Source of the DNA: Tubulanus polymorphus | Taxonomy: Eukaryota; Animalia; Nemertea | Assembly (NCBI RefSeq): GCF_964204645.1 | Contig: NC_134035.1 | Span: 1,984,001 to 2,048,000 of the forward strand | Reading direction: 5' to 3' | Length of the DNA stretch: 64,000 nt | Made by a program: the position numbers and the translations under genes | Notes under the pieces: model-generated | Seen by the model: only the letters and a program-made list of their open reading frames with translations | Told to the model about the DNA's origin: nothing | The model's database searches: none | Part shown: positions 37,601 through 49,575 of the stretch, piece by piece | Numbering within the stretch: position 1 is the first letter of the stretch | Layout: every line of letters starts with the position of its first letter

Positions 37601-40400
37601 ACTTCTCACTTTAAAATTTGTAGTTTTGTGTAATATTTTGATGTGTTTGAAATCTGTATTTATATTTTGTTTTATCATTTCAGTTTCTCCAATTTGCTGT
37701 TGTTACTATGAACCGGAAAACACTGCTTCGCAAAAACAATGTCGTACAGTGTGAACAAATCTGATCAATCAAAATCCACTATATTGCTATCAGTTGCATC
37801 TCGTGGACAGTATCGCTATCAGTTGCATCTCGTGGACAGTATTGCTATCAGTTGCATCTCGTGGACGGTATCGCTATCAGTTGCATCTCGTGGACGGTAT
37901 CGCTATCAGTTGCATCTCGTGGACGGTATCGCTATCAGTTGCATCTCGTGGACGGTATCGCTATCAGTTGTGTCTCGTGGACGGTATCGCATTCAGTTGC
38001 GTCTCGTGGACAGTATCGCTATCAGTTCCATCAACTGGACAAACAACTCAAGCAAATCAGGTAATTATCTTTCTCATCACTTCTCACTTTAAAATTTGTA
38101 GTTTTGTGTAATATTTTGATGTGTTTGAAATCTGTATTTATATTTTGTTTTATCATTTCAGTTTCTCCAATTTGCTGTTGTTACTATGAACCGGAAAACA
38201 CTGCTTCGCAAAAACAATGTCGTACAGTGTGAACAAATCTGATCAATCAAAATCCACTATATTGCTATCAGTTGCATCTCGTGGACAGTATTGCTATCAG
38301 TTGCATCTCGTGGACGGTATCGCTATCAGTTGCGTCTCGTGGACAGTATCGCTATCAGTTCCATCAACTGGACAAACAACTCAAGCAAATCAGGTAATTA
38401 TCTTTCTCATCACTTCTCACTTTAAAATTTGTAGTTTTGTGTAATATTTTGATGTGTTTGAAATCTGTATTTATATTTTGTTTTATCATTTCAGTTTCTC
38501 CAATTTGCTGTTGTTACTATGAACCGGAAAACACTGCTTCGCAAAAACAATGTCGTACAGTGTGAACAAATCTGATCAATCAAAATCCACTATATTGCTA
38601 TCAGTTGCATCTCGTGGACAGTATCGCTATCAGTTGCATCTCGTGGACAGTATTGCTATCAGTTGCATCTCGTGGACGGTATCGCTATCAGTTGCATCTC
38701 GTGGACGGTATCGCTATCAGTTGCATCTCGTGGACGGTATCGCTATCAGTTGCATCTCGTGGACGGTATCGCTATCAGTTGCGTCTCGTGGACGGTATCG
38801 CTATCAGTTGCGTCTCGTGGACGGTATCGCTATCAGTTGCGTCTCGTGGACGGTATCGCTATCAGTTGCGTCTCGTGGACGGTATCGCATTCAGTTGCGT
38901 CTCGTGGACAGTATCGCTATCAGTTCCATCAACTGGACAAACAACTCAAGCAAATCAGGTAATTATCTTTCTCATCACTTCTCACTTTAAAATTTGTAGT
39001 TTTGTGTAATATTTTGATGTGTTTGAAATCTGTATTTATATTTTGTTTTATCATTTCAGTTTCTCCAATTTGCTGTTGTTACTATGAACCGGAAAACACT
39101 GCTTCGCAAAAACAATGTCGTACAGTGTGAACAAATCTGATCAATCAAAATCCACTATATTGCTTTCAGTTGCATCTCGTGGACAGTATCGCTATCAGTT
39201 GCGTCTCGTGGACAGTATCGCTATCAGTTTCGTCTCGTGGACGGTATCGCTATCAGTTGCGTCTCGTGGACGGTATCGCTATCAGTTGCGTCTCGTGGAC
39301 AGTATCGCTATCAGTTGCGTCTCGTGGACGGTATCGCTATCAGTTGCGTCTCGTGGACAGTATGGCTATCAGTTGCGTCTCGTGGACAGTATCGCTATCA
39401 GTTGCGTCTCGTGGACGGTATCGCTATCAGTTGCGTCTCGTGGACAGTATGGCTATCAGTTGCGTCTCGTGGACAGTATCGCTATCAGTTGCGTCTCGTG
39501 GACGGTATCGCTATCAGTTGCGTCTCGTGGACGATCGCTATCAGTTGCGTCTCGTGGACGGTATCGCTATCAGTTGCGTCTCGTGGACGGTATCGCTATC
39601 AGTTGCGTCTCGTGGACAGTATCGCTATCAGTTGCGTCTCGTGGACGGTATCGCTATCAGTTGCGTCTCGTGGACGGTATCGCGTTCAGTTGCGTCTCGT
39701 GGACAGTATCACTATCAGTTCCATCAACTGGACAAACAACTCAAGCAAATCAGGTAATTATCTTTCTCATCACTTCTCACTTTAAAATTTGTAGTTTTGT
39801 GTAATATTTTGATGTGTTTGAAATCTGTATTTATATTTTGTTTTATCATTTCAGTTTCTCCAATTTGCTGTTGTTACTATGAACCGGAAAACACTGCTTC
39901 ACAAAAACAATGTCGTACAGTGTGAACAAATCTGATCAATCAAAATCCACTATATTGCTATCAGTTGCATCTCGTGGACAGTATTGCTATCAGTTGCATC
40001 TCGTGGACGGTATCGCTATCAGTTGCATCTCGTGGACGGTATCGCTATCAGTTGCGTCTCGTGGACGGTTTCGGTATCAGTTGCGTCTCGTGGACAGTAT
40101 CGCTATCAGTTGCGTCTCGTGGACGGTATCGCTATCAGTTGCGTCTCGTGGACGGTATCGCTATCAGTTCCATCAACTGGACAAACAACTCAAGCAAATC
40201 AGGTAAATATTTCTTTCTCATAATTCCTTGTATTCGAATTACTTTATAGATTTGTAACATTTTGATTGGATTGAAATCTATATTTATGTTTTGATTATTT
40301 TGTTGTTTTTCAGTTTCTACAATTTGCTGCTGTTATGATATGGGACGGTCGAAGCGCAAAGTCGATACTCAAGAGAAATTGATACTCAAAGAATTTTGGA
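34700..40400 (+). ncRNA. Putative spliced repeat-rich lncRNA
   Basis: Every unit has a CAG|GTAATT (last CAG|GTAAAT) donor and a T-rich tttcAG acceptor; the constant exon 5' flank has TGA in all three frames. No expression evidence. Confidence 0.45.
34790..40340 (+). repeat. Nested tandem array: 10 units of [101-bp GT-AG intron + ~145-bp constant flank + n x 29-bp GCTATCAGTTGCGTCTCGTGGACGGTATC]
   Basis: Putative exons 34891-35266, 35368-36092, 36194-36425, 36527-37249, 37351-37582, 37684-38060, 38162-38393, 38495-38958, 39060-39753, 39855-40202; n = 8, 20, 3, 20, 3, 8, 3, 11, 19, 7 (from lengths). Confidence 0.95.
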
Positions 40401-42194
40401 TATCAAATCTGTGAAATTGAGACCAAAATGATCAAATGTGCGTCTCAATCCTATGAAATTGAGATCAAATGTTCCATATTGAAATATCAAAATTGTCTAT
40501 CAAATCTTTGAAATCGAGACCAAATTGATCCATGATCCGTGAAACTATTATTTCCTTCAGAATTTAAATATGGAATCTCAGTTATTTGCCTAATTCAATT
40601 TTCTTGCCAACAGGATTTGAACCTGTAAATGGATAAATCATTCTGGATGATAATGATGTATTACTAAACGGCAGGACGCAGTTCTATCGGGTTCTGAGTT
40701 CAGATTTAACACAAAAAGTTAAATCATGCGTAAGCAATGTACTAATTACTAATTCTAGTTGATTGATTTGATGATTTGAGTCTTCGAACTCACGAAGCTG
40801 AACTTAACAAAGGAAACTTCTATGATTTCCAATGAATTGCCTTTTGAAAAACGACCAAATTATTTTGAGGCATTCATTATTCGGGAATTTTACCTGAATA
40901 GAATCCTATTTTTATTGAAATGAAAAGCTCAAGTGAAACACGTGAATAAGATCTCGTGTCTACGTTGGAAACACTTTGTGAAATTTTTCGAATTTCAGAA
41001 ATTGTCATCAGGAATCGAACCTGAAACTGCACAGATTATTATATCTGGTTTACTCTTACCAATGAGCCAGATGGTGAACTTTAAACAACGTTGAGCAACA
41101 GTCAAAATGCTCTCTAAATCTGGATAATTTCTTCATCATTTTTGATTAAATTGCCATTTTTTGACGTCAAATTACTTTCATTTTTAGCAAAAAAACGACT
41201 ACAGTATCAGTTAAGTCTTATTCATAGATTTTCATGATCTGGACCTGATATTGAACTTCTGAAATTTGGCATTCGTTTTTCTTACAGATATGGTCATCAA
41301 ATTATTGAAACTGAAAGGATTTTCCTGTTGGAATTTCTTTTTAGTTTCCATGTTTTGTATTCGATGCTGGTTTTGAACAAGTACAAAATTTTTAAGGAGA
41401 AATCTCTAACATTTCTCGGCTTACAGGGACTGAACCTGTCACTATAAAATTACCAAGTTTTGTGTGATATCAAAATCTGCTATTTTTGGTATCAAATACT
41501 TTCATTTTCAGCGAAAACTACAACAGTTATGAAGTTGTCTTATTCATAACTTCATAAACTGAACCTGATATCGAACTTCTCAACTTTGGAAAATTTGTTG
41601 GGAAGTTTTTGTGAAATTTATTGTCATCAAAGTAAAATCCTAAACGGAGTTTCTTATTCATGGAATCATGTATGTTTTAGTTTCCATGTTTTGCATTTGA
41701 TGCTCGGTTCAAAAGAACCCGAAGTGTTTAGAAATGATAAAATCTTTAACACTTTTCAGTTTAGTAGAAATAATGTGTATCTTCAGGGACCGAACCTGTA
41801 AACATTATTTCAAGTCTCATGTGACTTCATCAAAATCAATTATGAAAAATCTCGATGTGATACGATTATTTATTGTTCGACATTTCAGTCGACTCGAGTT
41901 CAAACAAGGGAAAAAAAACGTTTGTGTAATGAAAGAAAAAAAATCATGTAAGAAAAAAAATTATGTAAGAAAAAAAATATATTGTAAGAAAAAAATATAT
42001 ATTGTAAATCAACAACGACGATGACGACAACAACGGGAATGGCAACGATGGACAACAATAGTAACCATAGTAACAACTAATTGGCTCCGTTAACTCCTGA
42101 TACAACATCCACTCTATGACCACACGTTCAGTGGTCAACTTACTCAAAACCGGTAAGATCTGATGTCAGTGATCAACTCCTTGCTATCGATTGA

Positions 42195-42910
42195 TTCGCT
42201 CTGCTATCATTTACCGTCAACGCGCGGTGGTCATCTAACCCTGCGATCAACTCAGTACTGTCAACTCAAACTGCGGTCAACGCTACTCTCAGCTAAATGT
42301 CGACTCAATGGTCAGATCTAATGTCAACTCTATCTTGGAGTCATTCAGTCTTATTACTCCACCAACATTCAACGGTCAACTGGGCAAACAACTCAAGCAA
42401 ATCAGGTAATTATCTTTCTCATCACTTCTCACTTTAAAATTTGTAGTTTTGTGTAATATTTTGATGTGTTTGAAATCTGTATTTATATTTTGTTTTATCA
42501 TTTCAGTTTCTCCAATTTGCTGTTGTTACTATGAACCGGAAAACACTGCTTCGCAAAAACAACGTCGTACAGTGTGAACAAATCTGATCAATCAAAATCC
42601 ACTATATTGCTATCAGTTGCATCTCGTGGACAGTATCGCTATCAGTTGCGTCTCTTGGACGGTATCGCTATCAGTTGCGTCTCGTGGACGGTATCGCTAT
42701 CAGTTGCATCTCGTGGACGGTATCGCTATCAGTTCCATCAACTGGACAAACAACTCAAGCAAATCAGGTAAATATTACTTTCTCATAATTCCTTGTATTC
42801 GAATTACTTTATAGATTTGTAACATTTTGATCGGATTGAAATCTATATTTATATTTTGATTATTTTGTTGTTTTTCAGTTTCTACAATTTGCTGCTGTTA
42901 TGATATGAAC
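42195..42910 (+). repeat. Single-unit copy of the same intron/29-bp module (exon 42507-42767, n=4) with both unique flanks
   Basis: Matches ~34585-34790 upstream and the variant last intron 40203-40313 downstream. Confidence 0.9.
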
Positions 42911-45900
42911 TGTAAAGCAGGATGTGCCGAACAGAGTGAAAAATTGCATTCAGAAAAAAATGTACCAAACCTATGTGATTACAAAACATCAATCTTGCGA
43001 TGTAAAGTAACATGGAAACAATTCGATCTATCGAAACATCAGGTTTGCTGTTATCAGTCAAGAGACTATCTGATATAAATGCGTGAGAGTCACCTGCTAT
43101 GCTATCCAGTCTTACGGGACCGTCTCATACAATGCGATATCGAGTATGAAAGTTGAATGATACCCACAGCGAAAAGGCTTATATGATACAATACGTCATG
43201 TTCATCAGTAACAAAGAAACGAGACGAACTGAGTTGAGACACCAAGGATCAAGTAACCTGCTATCTGTCATGGATCCAGTAACCCGCTATCTGTCATAGG
43301 GCTGTCGTATATAGTCCAATACGTCACGATCGCGAGTAATAACGAAACAGGTCGAATCACAAACGTTCCAGTGCACAAATTACTCGCTAGCGTTCCTTCT
43401 CGCTTGCGATCTCGAGATATTTTCCAGAAAGAAAAATTTGGTTGAAAGTGTACGTTGTGTAATCGGGTAGTGGAAGGAGTTAAAGGAGCTGAATCGCCTC
43501 GTTCGTTCGTTCGTTACTACGTTTGGTTACTTCGCGTAATTAGACTCGTTTTAAAATTCGTAAACGCTTCATCGACGATGACGACAACTTCACCAACGAC
43601 GACTACAGGATTTTAGTGGTTGAAAAATATTTGTATTCGAAAAAAAAAAAACTTGGATTGATATTTTAGATGATTAGAAAATAAATTGTAGGAAACATAA
43701 AGAGAGATATGTTAAACATAAAACATATTTTGAGAAACCTAAAAGATTACATTATAGCTTGAATTATCGAAAAAATATATTATTGTAAGAAAAGAAAAAA
43801 TATATTATTGTAAGAAAAGAAAAAAAAATTTCTAAGAAAATAAGGCATAAATATCTTAGACAATTAGAAAAGAATATTGTGAAGAAGCAGTTGAATTAAC
43901 AGATTTGAATAATACAAACATAAATCGAATACCGGGTAGTTAACAGTTGAGTCAAGTTTAGAATAATTTAGTGCAGGTTTATATGTGATATTTGATAAGT
44001 CACTGAAATAGGATTTAGACAAACGTAGATGAATTACTGAACTGTTGATCTGTCAATAATTTGAGTTTAGAGATTGTTAGGATATTTGGTGAATAATTGA
44101 ATTGTAAATCAGTAAATTTTAGAAGTTAGAATATTTATTATGATGGACTGGACATAGAAAAATTAAGTATTGATTGATAAGTGAATAACTGAAAAAAAAC
44201 TGAATTGTCGAATTATGAATACGATTCTATTCAAGAGATTGATTTAAAGCGTTTCATGTTGTTTTAGTGTGGTTGAATATCTATCAAATAATCTTTAATG
44301 TTTGATCGAAGTTGATTGACTTTAATTCTTGAGTCGATCGGTGAAAAACTGCTGAAAAATGAAGAAACCTAGATAGAGTAATAGAAATTTTGAATAGACT
44401 ATAGAAATCTATGGTATAGATATTTCATTGAAAAGGAGATTATGAATTACTTGTGTGATGTTTGTGTTGGTCGAAAAATGTTTTGTAGCTGTAAGAAAAG
44501 AGTTGACAAAAATTCTGATAAACACAGTGATATACGATTAAAACTGTAAAATGAAGAAATAGAATAATCATTGAAAGAAATTTTGATACAGATTTTGATA
44601 AACTGTTTTGCGTGAAAATATAGGAAACATTTTCGTGAAACAAATAGATTTAGATACTGTGTTAAACAGTGTTAAACCATGAAGGAAGAAATCTAATGAT
44701 TTTGGAATATTCCTGTTTTTCCAGTGGTGTGGCATAAATAGATTTAAATGCGGAAGTACTATGATGATTTTTGTGATTATGAAACATTCCCGTTTTTCTT
44801 GTTGTAAGAATTTTCCTCAGTTAAGGTTTCAAGGTCAGGTTACGAAAGTCCGCATAGGAATATGGTTTAGGTTACAAGAATAAGATATAGAACAGTGAGG
44901 TGATTTTGTTGAAAAATGTTACTATTTTGTGAATTGCATTCCGTGCCACTAGATATTTTCATATATCTATATATATATATATATATATATGTGCTGATAT
45001 ATAATTACTCAGGTTGTTCAAGCGATAAAATAGAAGTATTTGATGTGGAAATATACGATGAATTTTGTGTGATTTTTCTTGTGGTACAGAAAGATCTTGA
45101 TAAACTGTTGTATAATGAATACAGTTATATTAAAACCGTAAAGGGAAAAATTTGATGATTCTGAAACATTCCTGTTTTTCTAGTGGCTTGATGTTGAAAT
45201 ATTATGATTGTGTTTTTGTGATTGTGAAACATTCCAGTTTTTCACAGTCCAGGTTTGTCTAGGTTACAAAGATAAAACTTATAAAAATCGTGAGGGTGAT
45301 TTTGTTGGAAGATTTTATCAGTATTTTGTGATTTGCACTGATACTGATGATGGTTACTCGGGTTATATATTCAATCTATTAAATAGAAACTAGCAGTGAT
45401 AATAAATAGCTACTTGCGATTTCATATGATCTCATTTTTATAATATGTTAAACAGGCAAAGTCTAATTAAGTCATGTAAACTTTGTATGTTTTCATTGAA
45501 GAGTTAGAGTGTATATAATTTTGAACACGATTACATATAAACATGTGTGTTCTAAAGATGTAGATAGAGATGTATTTATATGTTTAAATTTATTTGGAAA
45601 AACATGACCTTTTATGATTGTTTGATATTTGTTGTTTGTTCATTTGGATTTTTGTTCTCAAAACAGGATTTTATTTGTGAACAGCAGAAGGTGAAAAATG
45701 AATGAAAGAGGATAAAAGCCAATAGCTATGAATTTCTTTTTATTCATTGGTTTTATCTTGGAAAAGTGAAGAAAGAAGATGTAACTCCAGCACTTCGGGA
45801 TATAGACCCCAAGCACCTCCCTTCTCTATAGAGCTTATTCTGAATTTCCTCTCCCTTGTTGATCTATGGTGAACTGGTTGAAATGTTTAAAGTGAAAAAA

Positions 45901-48900
45901 AAATATAATGCTAAAACCATTTTGAACAGAAGAGTAGTTAAAACCAGATCGCCAAGATCATTCCATTACTCGCCTACCATTTACATGGTAAATGGGGAAA
46001 AATAATTTTGTTAATCGAGATAGAAATAAAAACATTTTGAAAACATTGGTGACATGAAAGTTATTGACAAAATATACAGATACTTTACTATACACTACTG
46101 GAGGGATCTTACATATACATGTATGACGATATCTAAACCATCTTGGATCAATTTTGCTGAGTGGAAATTTGAAGCTCTAAGTAATGTGTCTAAATTTGGA
46201 ATGTTTTCGCAAGTTTAGCAAGAATTGGTCACAATCAGAGAGACAATGTAATAAATCCCCAAAAATATAGGCCATTTTTGGAAATTCATTTCTGCGTAAA
46301 TGAAGGTTTGAAAGTCTAACGAAAGATTACAATTACGATTACGATTTTATTTACACTCCAACCATTTCCATGGTATATGGAGGAAAACTATTTCACATGT
46401 ATATACAAATATTTACATAACAACACTGAAGTGATTAAAATTTAGAGAATGAAAAAGTTTACAAAATATATACATTAACTATTTACAATACATCAAAGCC
46501 GGTTTTAGATAAGATAAGATGATAATGAGATGATCTAACCTCATATTCGTAATCAGCACCCCAAAAAACACGTCTGCACAAAATTTCATTAAAATTGGGC
46601 CAAAAAAATATTTTGACATTGTACCCCATTTTGGGGTGCATATTTTGGGCATGAAAACCCTTATTTGCCCATGCAGATGAATTCCGATTCAAAATCTGAT
46701 TTCGGATCCGGAATCTACACCTCAGAATACATATTCCTACCAAATTTCGAAGGAATCAGAGAAAAAAAAGTTTTCGCCGAAAAAAAACTCCTGGACTAAC
46801 TAACACCTTAGATTTTTGCCATTTTTGGCCAAAAAACCGAATCTCTTCGATTTGCTTGAAATTTTAGTCCTTTATATTTTCAGGGGTGCTGATTCCAAAT
46901 CTGCAATCAGATTTTGAATATCTTGAAAACTCTGGGATCCAAGGCCTTTTGAAAATTTAGGGGTCCCCCAAAAAATTCGAATTTCTCATTTTCTGGGCAG
47001 CGGATCCGAAAAATTCGTTCAGATTTGCGATCAGCACCCTTTAATACATGTCTGAACGGAATTTCATCAAAATCGGAGACAAAAAATATTTTACCCCTGA
47101 CACTCATTTTGGGGAGTAGCCTACCTTAGATTGCCATTTCTCTGATACAACGGTAACTAGACTTAACTCTAACTGTGTATAACTGATTGGTGGCATCAAA
47201 TTTATTAACTTTCATTTATATCTTTTAGGATGTTTGTCATCATTAGGATTGAATTATTGACTTTTTGAGTTTGATGAGCATCAGGATCAGATGAACTGGA
47301 TAGATATGTGTGGGCAGTGTTAGAACTCACCGGGAGGATAAACAAACAAACGAACAAATATTGGGAGAACTTGACTTCAAATTTACTCTTAAGCATTATT
47401 CTTTAATAGTTTCTGAGCATTATTTCTGGTTACAGTGTTAGTGGTAGTTGAATGCACTATTTTAGAGAATAAAATTAAATTTGCTTGAAGTTCTTCCTTT
47501 GGCATGTGAGCCTACCGCTTTACCGGATGCTAATACATTCCGCAGACAAAAGAGTTCTATCAAAAATGGTTTAAAATTCGTTTTAAAAAGATGATCCCCT
47601 TCGAAAAACCTTAAACGATAGTAGAATTAGTCATATACAATGGAATCGTATTAGATAATCAACGAAATTCGGCTAAGAAAAATATCTTTATTACTCGCAT
47701 GCCACAGTAAGATCGCAAGGCTGAGTTAGATATTTACCGTACAGTGCTGCCCCTATGAATAACGATAGCGGAATTTCTGCGAACTAAAATAGTAGCGCAT
47801 ATTTACCGCCGGAATTTAAATGTCCTTATTACGTACAATACCGACCAGTTTGTCGTCTAATTCTGATTTAATATGATACTATGAATACGTTCTGAATTTT
47901 GAATATTTTTTAGGTATCATATTTAATCATTTTTAGCTAAAATTTACTTACTTATCAATTAATATAGTATTTGTATACTGAATAAATTATTCATTTTCAT
48001 TTTTTAATGATAATTTATCATCAGAATTGACAAAATGTCCATACTTTTTCTTCGATAAAGTCGATTTGCGCGCAAATAAACAGGGAACATACAAACACCT
48101 ATCGCTCTCTCCCAGACCATACTAGAAATACCCCGATTCATCTTAACTCTTTTAAGGCTTATTCTTTTATAGAAAAATTGTTTGGTTCGAACGTTTCAGA
48201 GCAGTTTTCAGAGTTTGAGAATTTTCCTCGGAATCCGGCCCGCAAATCGGTAATTAGTTCGTCCACTCCTGCCGTTCGAAGACTCTGGCAAGCGAGTATT
48301 ATGTTAGTTCACATTTTCCACGCTATCGTTATACATAATGGCAGCACTAGACGGTCGAGATTGAATTGGTCGCGCTATTTTACTGTGGAGCGGGCTCAAT
48401 TCGATCGCTAATTCTTTATTTACAACAGTGAACTATTCCCTCTATTGATAAAGACTTTAAAGCCGCGACGATTCTTAATGTACGAATTTTGATATTGGTA
48501 AAAAAGATAAGAATTCATTCACGATGTTTCATTTTCATGTCCTCAGGTACACACACTTTAGGGGGTCGGGGACCTCACTCACTCCAGACCCACAGTGACT
48601 TTGCAGACACTTCGACAGTCAGTGACTAGTGAGGCCGGGACCTACTCAAATTTAGTCTGAATCAGTCAGTCGTTTTTACTACGGGTTCTGGGTTGTTTAG
48701 GGAACGACGGCTAGGTGCTAGACTAACAGGGACCTCACTCGGTGTCAAAAACCACTTTCTAGCCTACACGGGCCGCACTACCCTAGCCGCTTGCATTGCA
48801 CATGGTGCAGCAGGTGATAGTTTCACAAATCTTGATGAACTGTTCTTCAACTTCCTCCGGCACCACATCTTGTTCAGCAGGTTAAGACCAGCTGACTCGA

Positions 48901-49039
48901 CCATTTAGTTACACCAGCTTTCTCCCACTGCCACAGGCTGGGCTCTTGTGTAAAACGAGAATCTGTAAATCCAGTGTGACTGAAAACTGCTGAAAACTTT
49001 TGTTAAAGCCTTTACTATGTCACTGTTTTGCTCTCTTTT

Positions 49040-49312
49040 CACCCATCCTCCCTCAACCTCTCACCCGACCCTCCCTCAACCTCACAAACCACCCTCTTCA
49101 ACCTCTCACCCCATCCTCCCCAACCTCTCACCCCATCCTCCCTCAACCTCTCACCCCATCCTCCCCCAACCTCTCACCCAATCCTCCCCCAACCTCTCAT
49201 CCCATACTCCCTCAACCTCTCACCCCATCCTCCCCAACCTCTCACCCTATCCTCCCTCAACCTCTCACCCCATCCTCCCCAACCTCTCACCCCATCCTCC
49301 CGCAACCTCTCA
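49040..49312. repeat. C-rich 22-24-bp minisatellite (CAACCTCTCACCCCATCCTCCC[T]); also ~52020-52190 and ~56186-56455
   Basis: Direct copies; source of the PSSPTSHP ORFs. Confidence 0.93.
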
Positions 49313-49444
49313 GTCAGTCTTCCTGTTAATGTGATTTCAATTTTATATTTCAGGTTTTCCTCTGTCGGGCTGTGGTGTAGTACTCGACGTGGTGGACTTC
49401 AACTGAAATTTATCACAGTTTTACTTCTTCAGTCAACTTCTTCC

Positions 49445-49575
49445 GGACTACTAGTGAACTAACTGGACTACTAGTCAACTAACCGGACTATTAGTGAACT
49501 AACTGGACTATTTGTGAACTAACCAGACTATATGTGAACTAACTGGACTATTTAGTCAACTAACCGGACTATAAG
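49445..49575. repeat. 21-22-bp tandem repeat (GGACTAxTxGTxAACTAAC); also ~53208-53255 and ~56596-56725
   Basis: Direct copies inside the duplicated unit. Confidence 0.85.

Noticed and set aside
34990-40170. CRISPR array (29-bp repeats with leader-like AT-rich blocks)
   Set aside because: Repeats are head-to-tail with no unique spacers, no cas genes, eukaryotic context.
45680-46220. Coding-looking stretch after a possible acceptor
   Set aside because: Multiple stops and no recognisable family; at most an unidentifiable relic.
48693-48908. 71-aa ORF repeated at 55843-56058
   Set aside because: Non-ATG start, identity explained by recent duplication, largely deleted in the third unit; minus-strand frames contain stops.
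49000-49462. Pro/Ser/His-rich extensin-like ORFs (also 51965-52242, 56150-56548, 58088-58471, 22730-23211)
   Set aside because: C-rich repeats are open in several frames for compositional reasons.
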